A stretch of DNA of 47,021 bases from a virus. Taxonomy: Duplodnaviria > Caudoviricetes. Made by a program: the position numbers and the translations under genes. The notes under the pieces are model-generated. The model made no database searches. It had not been told where the DNA came from and was given only the letters and a program-made list of their open reading frames with translations. The stretch lies in IMG/VR virus record IMGVR_UViG_3300038334_000146, positions 1 to 47,021 of that record. One strand, written 5' to 3'. Shown in pieces: positions 9,262 through 19,029 of the stretch; the stretch's first letter is position 1; each line of letters opens with the position of its first letter.

Positions 9262-12200
9262 TTAGTTTCCAGTCGCCCTATTAGGCCTATTCCGTTTACT
9301 GAATACTCTATTCGCTGTTTTTTCCATCTTCTTTTCAAGGTCTTCAATTCCATAAATTACAGATCCAGTCATGTCAAAATTGTATTCATGTTTTTCAACG
9401 ACCTGTGAAGGCCCTGAAGACATTCTTGGCCGTGGCCCGGCTCCATTGTAACCAGTTACTTTTGGTGATTTCCAACCATACCCATGTTGAAATGCAGTAG
9501 TATCGAAGACCTTACCAGCGATTAACGCCCATACGTGGCCGTCACTGCCCCAGTTACCATGGCCCATGGATGCCGATAATCCCAACCTTTGAGCAAGGTG
9601 TATAAGGATTTCTGCACCATCAAAACAATTAAATGAGCCACGTTTCAGAGCTTCAGCGTCACTGAATTTCCCATCATAGTAATAATCATAATGAGTTTTT
9701 CCAATCAACTGAGAAGCCACAGCATTAAATATGGCCAGGCTACCTCCACCATTTAAGATGGCATTCATAAGCCCAGAGGTTACTTTAATACCTCCAATGT
9801 TGGCCTTGGTCGGCCAACTGGTGAGGAGAGATTTAATCTTATCACTCCAATTACTCATGCCATCCCAACCAGCATAACAAGGTTCATCAGGAGTACATTT
9901 CTTACTATTAGGTCCATCACCGAGGCTTCCACTAGGGCTTGGCCCTGCGAATCGGCCTTTTAAACCATTAAGGTTTGCTGTTTGGTTAACATAACTCCGA
10001 ACAGTATCTGTGAAACCAGCCCATATGCCACCTCCACTACTGCTAGAATTGCTCTTGCTTGGTGATGGCCCTGCAAATCCACCAGCACTTCTAGGTCCGG
10101 CACTTCCAGCACTACCTTTTGATGGGCCAGCACTACCTGCCATCTTGGGAACTTTACTCCCGGTGACCAGGTTCCAGAGGTCAACCAATCCATTATAAAC
10201 AGTCCGGATTGGAGACAATACTAGGCTTTTAAGTCGGCTCGCACCAGATCCCATCGTATTGACCAGAGTATTCCAACCATTTTTCAGCCCATTCCAAACA
10301 CTGTTCAAGATAGATTTAACTGTATTGAATGGGCTGAGTATAGCATTTTTAATGGCATTGAAAGTGTTAATTGCTCCAGAATGCAACCTGGTCCAGACAC
10401 TATTAACTATGGCAAAGATGCTGCTCCAAATTATATTGAGGGTTGTCCAGATGACCCGGGCCGGATTTAGGATATATATTTGGAGTAATCCCCAGGCAAG
10501 TTGAGTTCCAAGAATCAGGCCATTCCAGATCATGCCCACATAAGCCACCATGGTGCTTAGACCTGTCCAGATCACTTGGAGACCAGTCACAAAAGTTGTA
10601 CCAATACTCATCAAAGTAGTGAAAATAAATGCTGATATTCCAGCTCCAGCAGATGGCCCAAATATTAGGCTGGCAATCATTGCCACAGGATTATATTGTG
10701 CAGCAAATCCAGCAATGGCCGTGAATGCTGACATTAATATTCCTGACCAATCCACACCCATTAAGAAGTTTAAAACATAACTTCCAATATTACTGAGGGC
10801 CGAGAAACCAGCGACAAAGGCCCCTAAGAAATCACCCTGACTTAATGCTCCCCAGATACCTCTGAGGCCATTGGTAATCATCCCAGCGATAGGGCCTAAG
10901 AAACTCCAAATCGAACCGAATATACTAGTAAACCATGAATACAATGATTGAAGGGCCGGTACAATACCTGGACTGCAACCAAGGATTATGCAAATAATCG
11001 GTTGCAATGCACTGACAATCCCTCCAGCAACTGGAGCAACAGCACTATAAAGTCCACTAAGGAATCCACCCACAGAGGTTATAAAACCCATGATGGAACC
11101 CACAGCAAAACTGATGGCTGCATCTGCTGCTGCATCACCAAACAATAACCTAGTTATTAATGTTATAGGGTTAATGGATGCTAGGAAAGTTAAACCAGAT
11201 TCCAAAACACCCATCCAATCAACACTAGTAAACCAGCCCACAATGGCCCCAGCGATTGAGGCATTGGCATTGCTCTGAGCAGTTAAAACACTAGTAATGA
11301 TTCCAGGTAAACTGGTGAAGAAACCCCATAACTGGCCAGGTAATGCATAAAGGCCTGGTTGGATAGCATTCCAAATCATGCCACCAAGGTTCTGGAATCC
11401 TTGAACCAATCCCAAGAATTTACCATCACTACCATAAAATGAAGAGGTTAGAGCATTCCAAACATTAACTGCAACACCACTAACCCATCCAATAAAACCA
11501 GATAAAGTACTCCAGAGAGTCTGGAAAATACCAGTTAAACCAGTCCATATGACCCCGGCCATACTTCCAAGGTCAGTCCACCAACCGAAACGTTGCCCTA
11601 CAAAATAGAATACAGCTCCTAGAGCCACACCCAGTGCTATGAATGGTAATAATGGTAACATTGCAGACCAAACTGCACCTGCTAGCATCATGAATCCGCC
11701 TGATGCTGAAATTGCTGTGACTTCTAATCCTACCATTGGCAATATCATGTTTATTATGCCCAATGCCATAGGAGCCATTAGACCAATTACTGGTGCCATA
11801 GCCATGGAGACCATACCAAATGCAGCACCAATAGCAATAACTCCTACGGTTACTAGACCCACACCAATGAGCCAACCACCCGTGCTGGTATCTAAATCAA
11901 TGATGCCTTCAATAATATATTGCACCGTTGGAAGAACAGAAGTACCTAGGGCTGTGGCCACCATTTGAACTCGACCAACGAGTTCTTCCCATTTTATACT
12001 AGCAATATCTAATGTACTGAGGCCAGCATATCCTTCATCTTTTAATGCCTTATTAATTGCTAGAATCCTATCGCTGACTGTTTTTTGACCTTCTAAGGTA
12101 CCTATCTGGTTTTTCAGAATACTGTCTCTTTCCAATTGACTGGTGTTCCCAGTCTGAACATATTCCTTTAAATCCATCTGTGTTTCAATCTGACTTTTTC

Positions 12201-12843
12201 CCATGGCTTGAGAAACAGTAGTATAATCTGCCACACCAGTTGCCAGGCTTTGTAACTGAGTAGTAGTCAGATTAGTCTGACGGGCCACAGCCCCAGTTAG
12301 TATTTGATTCAGGAATGTATCATCACCAGGTGTAACTGCTACAATCTTTTGAATTGAACTAATATATCCCTTAGCAGCGCTATCGCTCATTTTCGTGGCC
12401 AAATAAGCATTATTGAATTGGGCTTGAGTACTGCCAGTCCATGATGCACTAACTAAAGTCATTGCTCCGAATCCGGCGACAATGCCTCCCATGGCCATGC
12501 TGATGCCATCCATACTATCTGTGACACCTCGGGCATTGGTGCTCATGCTGCTTAGAGATTTACTCCCTACGGTTGCACCCTTGCTGACATCTTGGCCCAT
12601 CTTAGTCCCGGCTTGACCAGTTCGTCCTAACTCTGCAGTTGTGGATCCTGCTTTTTTACCTACATCAGAAACTGCATTACCTGCTCGGCCAGATTGAGTT
12701 GTGGTTTCGACCAGGGAAGTGCTGAATCCTCCGAAGTTTTTTGATGAACTGGAAAGGTGAGTATCCACCATTGACATTTTACGGGTGAAATCAGTAATGT
12801 CTAATGTTAGAAACCCATCAATACGTCTAGAATTTGAAGCCAT
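9262..12843 (-). CDS. Tape measure protein with C-terminal transglutaminase-like cysteine peptidase domain
   Basis: 1193 aa, long amphipathic W/G-rich repeats; C-terminal NCFDGAEIL...GHVWA...VFDTT gives a Cys-His-Asp triad. Confidence 0.9.
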   Translation of the reverse strand: MASNSRRIDGFLTLDITDFTRKMSMVDTHLSSSSKNFGGFSTSLVETTTQSGRAGNAVSDVGKKAGSTTAELGRTGQAGTKMGQDVSKGATVGSKSLSSMSTNARGVTDSMDGISMAMGGIVAGFGAMTLVSASWTGSTQAQFNNAYLATKMSDSAAKGYISSIQKIVAVTPGDDTFLNQILTGAVARQTNLTTTQLQSLATGVADYTTVSQAMGKSQIETQMDLKEYVQTGNTSQLERDSILKNQIGTLEGQKTVSDRILAINKALKDEGYAGLSTLDIASIKWEELVGRVQMVATALGTSVLPTVQYIIEGIIDLDTSTGGWLIGVGLVTVGVIAIGAAFGMVSMAMAPVIGLMAPMALGIINMILPMVGLEVTAISASGGFMMLAGAVWSAMLPLLPFIALGVALGAVFYFVGQRFGWWTDLGSMAGVIWTGLTGIFQTLWSTLSGFIGWVSGVAVNVWNALTSSFYGSDGKFLGLVQGFQNLGGMIWNAIQPGLYALPGQLWGFFTSLPGIITSVLTAQSNANASIAGAIVGWFTSVDWMGVLESGLTFLASINPITLITRLLFGDAAADAAISFAVGSIMGFITSVGGFLSGLYSAVAPVAGGIVSALQPIICIILGCSPGIVPALQSLYSWFTSIFGSIWSFLGPIAGMITNGLRGIWGALSQGDFLGAFVAGFSALSNIGSYVLNFLMGVDWSGILMSAFTAIAGFAAQYNPVAMIASLIFGPSAGAGISAFIFTTLMSIGTTFVTGLQVIWTGLSTMVAYVGMIWNGLILGTQLAWGLLQIYILNPARVIWTTLNIIWSSIFAIVNSVWTRLHSGAINTFNAIKNAILSPFNTVKSILNSVWNGLKNGWNTLVNTMGSGASRLKSLVLSPIRTVYNGLVDLWNLVTGSKVPKMAGSAGPSKGSAGSAGPRSAGGFAGPSPSKSNSSSSGGGIWAGFTDTVRSYVNQTANLNGLKGRFAGPSPSGSLGDGPNSKKCTPDEPCYAGWDGMSNWSDKIKSLLTSWPTKANIGGIKVTSGLMNAILNGGGSLAIFNAVASQLIGKTHYDYYYDGKFSDAEALKRGSFNCFDGAEILIHLAQRLGLSASMGHGNWGSDGHVWALIAGKVFDTTAFQHGYGWKSPKVTGYNGAGPRPRMSSGPSQVVEKHEYNFDMTGSVIYGIEDLEKKMEKTANRVFSKRNRPNRATGN

Positions 12844-12936
12844 GTGTTTAAACTCCTATAAATATCAAAATTTGAGTTAACAATTATCTGAAAAATTAAA
12901 AAAACAATATATATTAAAAAAATTAGAATAACTATT

Positions 12937-13539
12937 ATGAGTGAAAAGGATCTAGAAAATCATGTAAAAACTAGGTTAGGTTCAACCTTAACTGGTGCTA
13001 GTAAAGAAGTTCGAGATGTTTTTGGAGCAGGAATGTTCTCTATTAAAAAAAAGCAAAAAGCAAATCTTTTTAGTTTATCATTAAGGGAGAATATTAAACA
13101 GGACATTCAGTCTGGATATATAACTAGCATTGATGAATTGGATTCAATTATTGATAAAGCCCTGAAGGATAAGGAAATAACTTATTCTAGAACTGGTGTG
13201 GAATTTAAAGAAGAATTAATAAATACTGCTATGTTCACAGCAAAAGTCCCAGATGAGAACCTCACTAAAGATTTTAAAAAGGTTAAAAATGCAAGAATAA
13301 GTATCCACGATAAGGGCCTTCAAATTCATGGGGCAGGTCCATCTGGTTCAAATTTAAAATTAGAATGGGATAATATTGTCAAAGCCACTATAGATGGTAA
13401 GAAAATTATATTAACTCTTCCTAATGGAGTACAAATATCTTTAAAAGCCAATATGCAAGTAACAAATGAAACTTTGAAGCAGATAGACCTTAGAATTAAT
13501 GAAAAGATTTGTGGTGTGCCTGAGAAAGGCTGGGATTGA
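12937..13539 (+). CDS. Accessory protein with C-terminal bPH-like domain (moron)
   Basis: ARISIHDKGLQI...LEWDNIVKA...IILTL..G..ISL; reverse orientation within the tail operon. Confidence 0.6.
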   Translation: MSEKDLENHVKTRLGSTLTGASKEVRDVFGAGMFSIKKKQKANLFSLSLRENIKQDIQSGYITSIDELDSIIDKALKDKEITYSRTGVEFKEELINTAMFTAKVPDENLTKDFKKVKNARISIHDKGLQIHGAGPSGSNLKLEWDNIVKATIDGKKIILTLPNGVQISLKANMQVTNETLKQIDLRINEKICGVPEKGWD

Positions 13540-13578
13540 ACCTGTGCATTAAATGCACTAGTTCACCAGCCAGCCTTT
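13525..13578. repeat. Inverted repeat (AAAGGCTGG...CCAGCCTTT) enclosing a 25-bp palindrome AACCTGTGCATTAAATGCACTAGTT (13539-13563)
   Basis: Seen directly; lies between two convergent stop codons; possible bidirectional terminator or binding site. Confidence 0.6.
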
Positions 13579-13686
13579 GAAATAATTAATTAAATCTTTT
13601 GTTATATTCCAGGTAAATCCAACTGTGAATGAGAAGATTATTAGGTAGAATAAAAATGAATAAAAATCATTAATTATAATTTCCAT
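13558..13686 (-). CDS. 42-aa membrane peptide (MEIIINDFYSFLFYLIIFSFTVGFTWNITKDLINYFKGWLVN)
   Basis: Read by hand; GGGAGG RBS then ATG; one hydrophobic helix. Confidence 0.5.
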   Translation of the reverse strand: MEIIINDFYSFLFYLIIFSFTVGFTWNITKDLINYFKGWLVN

Positions 13687-13698
13687 TTTATCCTCCCC

Positions 13699-14115
13699 TT
13701 ACCAGTAGGCCCCGGTCATCAATACTTTTTCATATTTATTTTGAATTTTATCAAATATCTCGCTAACGGATTCATCCATTCCATGTGCCAAGTAGAATTG
13801 CTCCCCACGCTTGGGGTGGTTGAATTTCCCTACTTCTTGAATATATGCATAATCAAAACTGGTGAATGGATTATTCTCAGCAGAATAGGCTACTTTTAAT
13901 TGATAATAGGCCCCACTTCTGACCATTAATTGTTGACTGAATCCCTCTGCCAAGTACCCTTCATCAAATGGTACTTTCAAATAAGTGTGTTCTTTGATTA
14001 TGTGGCCAGAATCAGCAACTTCCTGGACGGACATTATTTTAACACTATTTGTTGTTCTTCGCATTTCTTTACGAAATGGTTCTTCATCAAGTGTTAATCC
14101 TATCCTGTTACTCAT
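13699..14115 (-). CDS. HK97 gp10-like tail completion protein
   Basis: VPFDEGYL, DYAYIQEVG and QFYLAHGM match the gp10/minor-capsid family pattern. Confidence 0.7.
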   Translation of the reverse strand: MSNRIGLTLDEEPFRKEMRRTTNSVKIMSVQEVADSGHIIKEHTYLKVPFDEGYLAEGFSQQLMVRSGAYYQLKVAYSAENNPFTSFDYAYIQEVGKFNHPKRGEQFYLAHGMDESVSEIFDKIQNKYEKVLMTGAYW

Positions 14116-14440
14116 CTAAATCTCTGTCCGTTAATCTATCCACTAAATTGACACTAGTCGGGTCGTCTTCAACATTAAATCTTTTACCAGTTTTTCCCTT
14201 GTTCTTATTCTCGGCCTCTTCCATTTGTCGGAGTTCTTCTGCGATTGCTTGGTTTTCCCAATCTAGCAGAGTATACATTCGGTAGGTGTCGAGTTCATCA
14301 AAGTCATGGTCTGTGCCTTTGTAGACTCCACGTTTAGTTAAGAGATAGTAATGTTGAAGGAGTATTTCTTCAACAATCAGACTCAATGGGACATAGTCTC
14401 CTATGTCCTCGGTTTCTTCCTCATTGGGATTGAAAGGCAC
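14108..14440 (-). CDS. Tail assembly chaperone, downstream (frameshift) part
   Basis: Overlaps the upstream chaperone by 20 nt in the +1 frame; only a GTG start within the overlap. Confidence 0.6.
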   Translation of the reverse strand: MPFNPNEEETEDIGDYVPLSLIVEEILLQHYYLLTKRGVYKGTDHDFDELDTYRMYTLLDWENQAIAEELRQMEEAENKNKGKTGKRFNVEDDPTSVNLVDRLTDRDLDE

Positions 14441-14948
14441 TCATTCGTTGGTCGATATTACCTTCGATTATTTGTTGGATCCGTGCTTCGATTTTGATTT
14501 CGCTAAAGTTACTCATATACATATCATAAAGAGCACCTAGACTATTAATAAGGGCCATGTCCCGTGAATCATAGTTCTCTTCGAAATCTTCTGGAGTGAA
14601 TGGTTCTAAAATCTGAGAACAGAGTTCTCCATATTTCTTTATCATTTCCTCTTCCATGGCCGGAGCATTATCCTCAATTTCTTTATCAATAGCTTTGGCC
14701 TCTTCTCTAAGTTCTTTTGCTTTTTCCAAGTACCCTGCTTTCTCATCTTTATCTTCTTTGAGTTCAGCCATGGCCTCCTGATTATCTGCTTCGATTTCCT
14801 TGCCCCGGGCCTCCTGTGCTTTGTTCCGGATTCCTTTTTGAATGTCCTCAATCCCTTTAGTATATTTTTTAAGGGTTTTAGTAGGGCATCTTTTAAAATA
14901 TCTTTCTTTTCCACAGAAGTCTATAGTTAATTTAGATAATTTTTGCAT
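14421..14948 (-). CDS. Tail assembly chaperone (G-like)
   Basis: Charged coiled-coil ORF immediately after the major tail gene. Confidence 0.65.
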   Translation of the reverse strand: MQKLSKLTIDFCGKERYFKRCPTKTLKKYTKGIEDIQKGIRNKAQEARGKEIEADNQEAMAELKEDKDEKAGYLEKAKELREEAKAIDKEIEDNAPAMEEEMIKKYGELCSQILEPFTPEDFEENYDSRDMALINSLGALYDMYMSNFSEIKIEARIQQIIEGNIDQRMSAFQSQ

Positions 14949-15026
14949 AGTATAATCACACTCACTTTGTTATTTTTGTTAAATTAATTAAAAAAAAAGA
15001 ATAAAATGTACGAAAATATCGTACAC

Positions 15027-16136
15027 TTAAGCAGTTATCAAAGGATACTCGGTTTCACTGAAGTGAAGGTCTGCTAATGGGCTGACCAGACTAATCTCAT
15101 AAGGATTGCTGATACCATTTGACATGATATCTCCTTCAATAGTAAGGTCTTTGGAATCGTCCCCGGCCTTAGGAGATGAAACATCGGTCAGGTCTAGTTT
15201 TGGGATTAATATCCCCATACTGGTGAGAACATCTACTTCTCCAACGGTTTCGATTTTCCTACCCAAATACTCAATATAAACTTGTTTATAAACAGATTCC
15301 TCAGTTACATGGGTTCCTGTTGCTGAGCCTGTGTTATATTCTGCTTCCAAAGGCATTAAGGCCTCAGTAAAGGCAGTGGTAATCTTCACAGTTCCCTCGA
15401 ATGGTTTTTTATCCTTCTTAGGCTTACCATACTCCCCAGCATCACTGGCCTCTACATTGTTTTTAAACTCAGCAGTGCATTTGGTATAATCCAAAGGCTC
15501 GCTGGCTTTAATGGTGGCCAGAGAATCACCTACATCTGCCAAGTAAACTCTCCCTTGACTGGCCTTAAGCCGGTACTCAACAGGAGGGAAGACTCTGGTA
15601 GGTTCGGTCTGGTTAAATAATGGGTAATTGGAAACAGTATCGGCCTTAAAGGTTGGAGTATCTGTTCTATCCAGGGTAAATTCCATACTATTTACTACAA
15701 CATCATCATAGAGTTCTGCTTTCGCAGTCTTCCAATTATAACCTTGTAAAATAGTGGCCCTTGGTAAATCAACCGGGTTTAATGCATTCAAATAGAACCT
15801 GTATTTCTTAGCAGTCAAGGCCCCAGTAATTGCTGGTACCGGTTCATCATAAGAACCTGTTAATAGGAACAGGAAGTCTTCTAGGCCCTCAGCGAATCTG
15901 AAGGTGTCCTCGAAACTAGGGTTCGCTTCTGCTTTATTCCGGTCATTACTGATATCAATTGTATCCATTCCCATGTGGCCCTGATTCTTATCAGTACCTA
16001 TTTTCAATGAAGGGTCATAATCCTTGTATCTTGGGAACACTGTCGGTGATACTGGTCCCACCATTCCCGGACGTTTGATTCCAATCCCTAGGTAATGCAA
16101 GGCCAGGGATGGAGTATATACATCTATTCCAGACAT
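15027..16136 (-). CDS. Major tail tube protein
   Basis: 369-aa acidic beta-rich protein between neck genes and chaperones. Confidence 0.7.
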   Translation of the reverse strand: MSGIDVYTPSLALHYLGIGIKRPGMVGPVSPTVFPRYKDYDPSLKIGTDKNQGHMGMDTIDISNDRNKAEANPSFEDTFRFAEGLEDFLFLLTGSYDEPVPAITGALTAKKYRFYLNALNPVDLPRATILQGYNWKTAKAELYDDVVVNSMEFTLDRTDTPTFKADTVSNYPLFNQTEPTRVFPPVEYRLKASQGRVYLADVGDSLATIKASEPLDYTKCTAEFKNNVEASDAGEYGKPKKDKKPFEGTVKITTAFTEALMPLEAEYNTGSATGTHVTEESVYKQVYIEYLGRKIETVGEVDVLTSMGILIPKLDLTDVSSPKAGDDSKDLTIEGDIMSNGISNPYEISLVSPLADLHFSETEYPLITA

Positions 16137-16139
16137 ATT

Positions 16140-16385
16140 TTATTCACTTCCTTCTGTTTGTTTTACTTCTTGCTTAGGCCGTCCTCGGCTTTTCTTAATC
16201 TCTTCATATAATCCATTGGCCTGAAGCCTTGGGATTAATGGTGTCCCGTCTGGGAGTTTGGCATCGTCTTCAAGTTCGATTTCTTGACCATTGGTCAGTC
16301 TATCATTTTCTGACATGAAGCCACCTTGAATTAAATCAATATCATAGTAGCCAGTCTCACCGGTGTATTTAAACTTAGTTGTCAT
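16140..16385 (-). CDS. Small virion-associated protein
   Basis: KFKYTG start and basic tail, a common small gene upstream of tail tube genes; translationally coupled. Confidence 0.55.
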   Translation of the reverse strand: MTTKFKYTGETGYYDIDLIQGGFMSENDRLTNGQEIELEDDAKLPDGTPLIPRLQANGLYEEIKKSRGRPKQEVKQTEGSE

Positions 16386-16876
16386 AATATTACCTCATAA
16401 TCTAATAGAAACTCAGTAGTTACAGTATCAGCCATCTTCTTACGCTGACCCTCTGCAATAACCAAATATGGCCTTAAATAAGATTTACCAAATTGGTAAG
16501 ATTTAATATAATTTGGAAATGAATCCTCAAGATCTGATTTCCGGAATATATAATCAAAACGTTCTCCCAGTTCATCCAGGGAATGCATATCTGGATCACC
16601 ATCTGGAGGGATGAATGTAATCACTCGACCCTGAGCACTAAGAGTTGTACGCCCTCCTCCACTGGAACTATGGTTAGGAGGTTCCGTTTTATCACTTAAA
16701 TGTAAAGAAGTGAATGGTGGTGGTGTCGGAGGCAAAGGATCATCATCTTCTGGAGATAGATTCACCATAGCCTCTGGATGAATAGGCCATTGCTTAAGAT
16801 AATCATCCATCCGGATTAAAGTTCGAATATCTGCTTTGACAATGTCTGCTGCTCCAATAAATTCTAATGGTGGCAT
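16382..16876 (-). CDS. Putative tail terminator
   Basis: 164 aa, GGAGGA RBS, position upstream of the major tail gene. Confidence 0.5.
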   Translation of the reverse strand: MPPLEFIGAADIVKADIRTLIRMDDYLKQWPIHPEAMVNLSPEDDDPLPPTPPPFTSLHLSDKTEPPNHSSSGGGRTTLSAQGRVITFIPPDGDPDMHSLDELGERFDYIFRKSDLEDSFPNYIKSYQFGKSYLRPYLVIAEGQRKKMADTVTTEFLLDYEVIL

Positions 16877-16888
16877 AGGTTATCCTCC

Positions 16889-17263
16889 TCAGGTTAGTAA
16901 GACCTTCATATGGCCTCCCTCTTCGATCACATCACTGATGGTGTATTCGAATTCAATACCTGTGGCCTGTGAGGTGTATATTATCCTGTTCTTTTTATTC
17001 AAATATTGAGCATCCTTTTTCCGGAATTTAGCGACTACTGACTTTGTCTTTGCTTTAGTATAGCCGAAGTCTGTTTTTTCATAGTCTTGCTTCTCTGACA
17101 TAGTGCAGATTGTTTCTATATCAATAGAATCATAGACTATATTCTCGTTTTTATCTTTCACAGGGTGGCCTTGTGCATCTAAACGAGGTGTCCTGTGTTG
17201 AATAATAACATCTGTTCCTTTGATTAGCAAAGCCTCCTCAAAAGCAGATTCATAAACATTCAT
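16889..17263 (-). CDS. Putative head-closure (stopper) protein
   Basis: 124 aa, beta-rich, IEFEYTISDV C-terminus; position. Confidence 0.55.
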   Translation of the reverse strand: MNVYESAFEEALLIKGTDVIIQHRTPRLDAQGHPVKDKNENIVYDSIDIETICTMSEKQDYEKTDFGYTKAKTKSVVAKFRKKDAQYLNKKNRIIYTSQATGIEFEYTISDVIEEGGHMKVLLT

Positions 17264-17307
17264 AAAATAATCACCTACAAAAAAAAAGTATATAAAAAAA
17301 ATATAAT

Positions 17308-19029
17308 CTAATAATTCACAGGATGGGCCATAACATTATCTATGCTACTAGTATCTACAGTGACATTTCCTAATCCCTGGCAGAATACTCTAAGAATCAA
17401 TTGTCTAGGAACTGTAGACTCATAATGAATACCCAAATCCTGATCAACAATACTATTTTCAGCCGCTGACTCTGCCAAAGGTACAAAAGAAGAATCAATA
17501 AGTGGGTCACTGTTAGGCTCAATAACCTGCAATTTACAAATAATATCTGCAGTATCTTTAATCAAACCTATAGGGAACTTAACCTCCCTATTCGCAGGAA
17601 CCATTATTAAATAATCTTTGAATACTGGGGCTGTGGCAGATTCGCAAATAAACTTAAGTTTACTTGGAATATAGGCCTCATTAACCAGTTCAGTTTCTAT
17701 TCTACCACCATTATGCCATTCACGATTATTATTCTCAATCTGATTATGATTAAAACTCTTTAAAGGACTCATTACTGGCCTAATATTTAATGTTGTGTGA
17801 TTAATATCATTTTCTCCTTCAAACAAACAATTAAATAATTCTCCACTGCACATACTAAAATAACCTAATGTATTTGCTTTAAAAATACAATTAATATACT
17901 TTTGAGCTCCATTATATGTTCCAACACCCGTCGAACCATCAGTTAATTGAATAATACAATCTTTAAATACACTTTTACCAATATCGTGTAAATATCCAGT
18001 TCCAATATCTGGAGTAATTACACTACAATTCTTAAAATACCCCCCACTACCTAATGACCAAGCATTTAAACCTATACTATCCTCTATAATTGTATCTGGT
18101 TCATTCGAATAAAGAAGTAGATTTTTTGTACTAATACATCTTTTAATTCGAGTAGTTCTCATTCCAGCACAAGGATAAGCATTTAAAGCTAAGGAATCCT
18201 CTATTAATGCATCATAATGATATGATAACAATACTTTACTCATTCCAGTGCAATGTTTAACAATTGTGCGGTTAATCCGTTTACTTGGTATTCCTATTTG
18301 AGTATTTAAGGTCAATGTTGTATTTACTCCTCTGAATTTAGCATTATCTTGCTCTCCACCAAGTAAAGGATTGGTACCACTAGTTCTATTGATTTTTATA
18401 GTTCTAGATACAAATGCTACTCTTGAACCACTAGGTCGAGCATATAAAAGTGGTGATGTTAATGTAATGGTCTTAGTTCCACTATTATAATTAGAAACAG
18501 TATATACTCCATTATTTGCTTCAGCCATTGAATATTCAAGAGAACTTTCTATAAATAACTGGTCGCCTTGTTGGAAACCCATATCCTCAGATAAAATAAT
18601 TTGAGTCGCATTCAAGGCAGCATCAGCACTTGTTGTGGTATATTCATCACTAGGATACCAACCGTCCATTTCCACAGTTGGAACATTGATTGTAGCAGTA
18701 GCATTAAGGTTTAAATAAGCTCTTGCATCAGAACCCACTCCAGCAGTTGGTCTTTGTATAGGGTGTAATTCATCACCTATTTTAAAAGTACCATTCCCTG
18801 TGATGTTACCATTAAGTTTTAAGAATGTAATAATATCTGTTTTGAATTTAAGAAGACCATTAATAACTGATGCTCCAATACCATTAGGAAAAGCACTCTG
18901 ATTATCATCAAACTCTACTTCAATACCTACTGGAATATCAAAGGTATCATTGTTTACTGGATAAGGATTACCCCCCCAAGTAGCATTATTTTTCCAAAGC
19001 CCGCTCTGAGTAGCTATTCTAATTGCCAT
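17308..19029 (-). CDS. G8-like/beta-helix protein, candidate head fibre or adhesin
   Basis: ATQSGLWKNNATWGG..P...D...I G8-like start; repeated (F/I)xNC/xDC beta-helix rungs. Confidence 0.55.
   Translation of the reverse strand: MAIRIATQSGLWKNNATWGGNPYPVNNDTFDIPVGIEVEFDDNQSAFPNGIGASVINGLLKFKTDIITFLKLNGNITGNGTFKIGDELHPIQRPTAGVGSDARAYLNLNATATINVPTVEMDGWYPSDEYTTTSADAALNATQIILSEDMGFQQGDQLFIESSLEYSMAEANNGVYTVSNYNSGTKTITLTSPLLYARPSGSRVAFVSRTIKINRTSGTNPLLGGEQDNAKFRGVNTTLTLNTQIGIPSKRINRTIVKHCTGMSKVLLSYHYDALIEDSLALNAYPCAGMRTTRIKRCISTKNLLLYSNEPDTIIEDSIGLNAWSLGSGGYFKNCSVITPDIGTGYLHDIGKSVFKDCIIQLTDGSTGVGTYNGAQKYINCIFKANTLGYFSMCSGELFNCLFEGENDINHTTLNIRPVMSPLKSFNHNQIENNNREWHNGGRIETELVNEAYIPSKLKFICESATAPVFKDYLIMVPANREVKFPIGLIKDTADIICKLQVIEPNSDPLIDSSFVPLAESAAENSIVDQDLGIHYESTVPRQLILRVFCQGLGNVTVDTSSIDNVMAHPVNY

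Noticed and set aside
9960-11968. Many 60-110 aa ORFs overlapping the tape measure gene (similar ones overlap capsid, protease, terminase and R-M genes)
   Set aside because: Antisense or alternate-frame shadows of long genes, without RBS or recognisable motifs.
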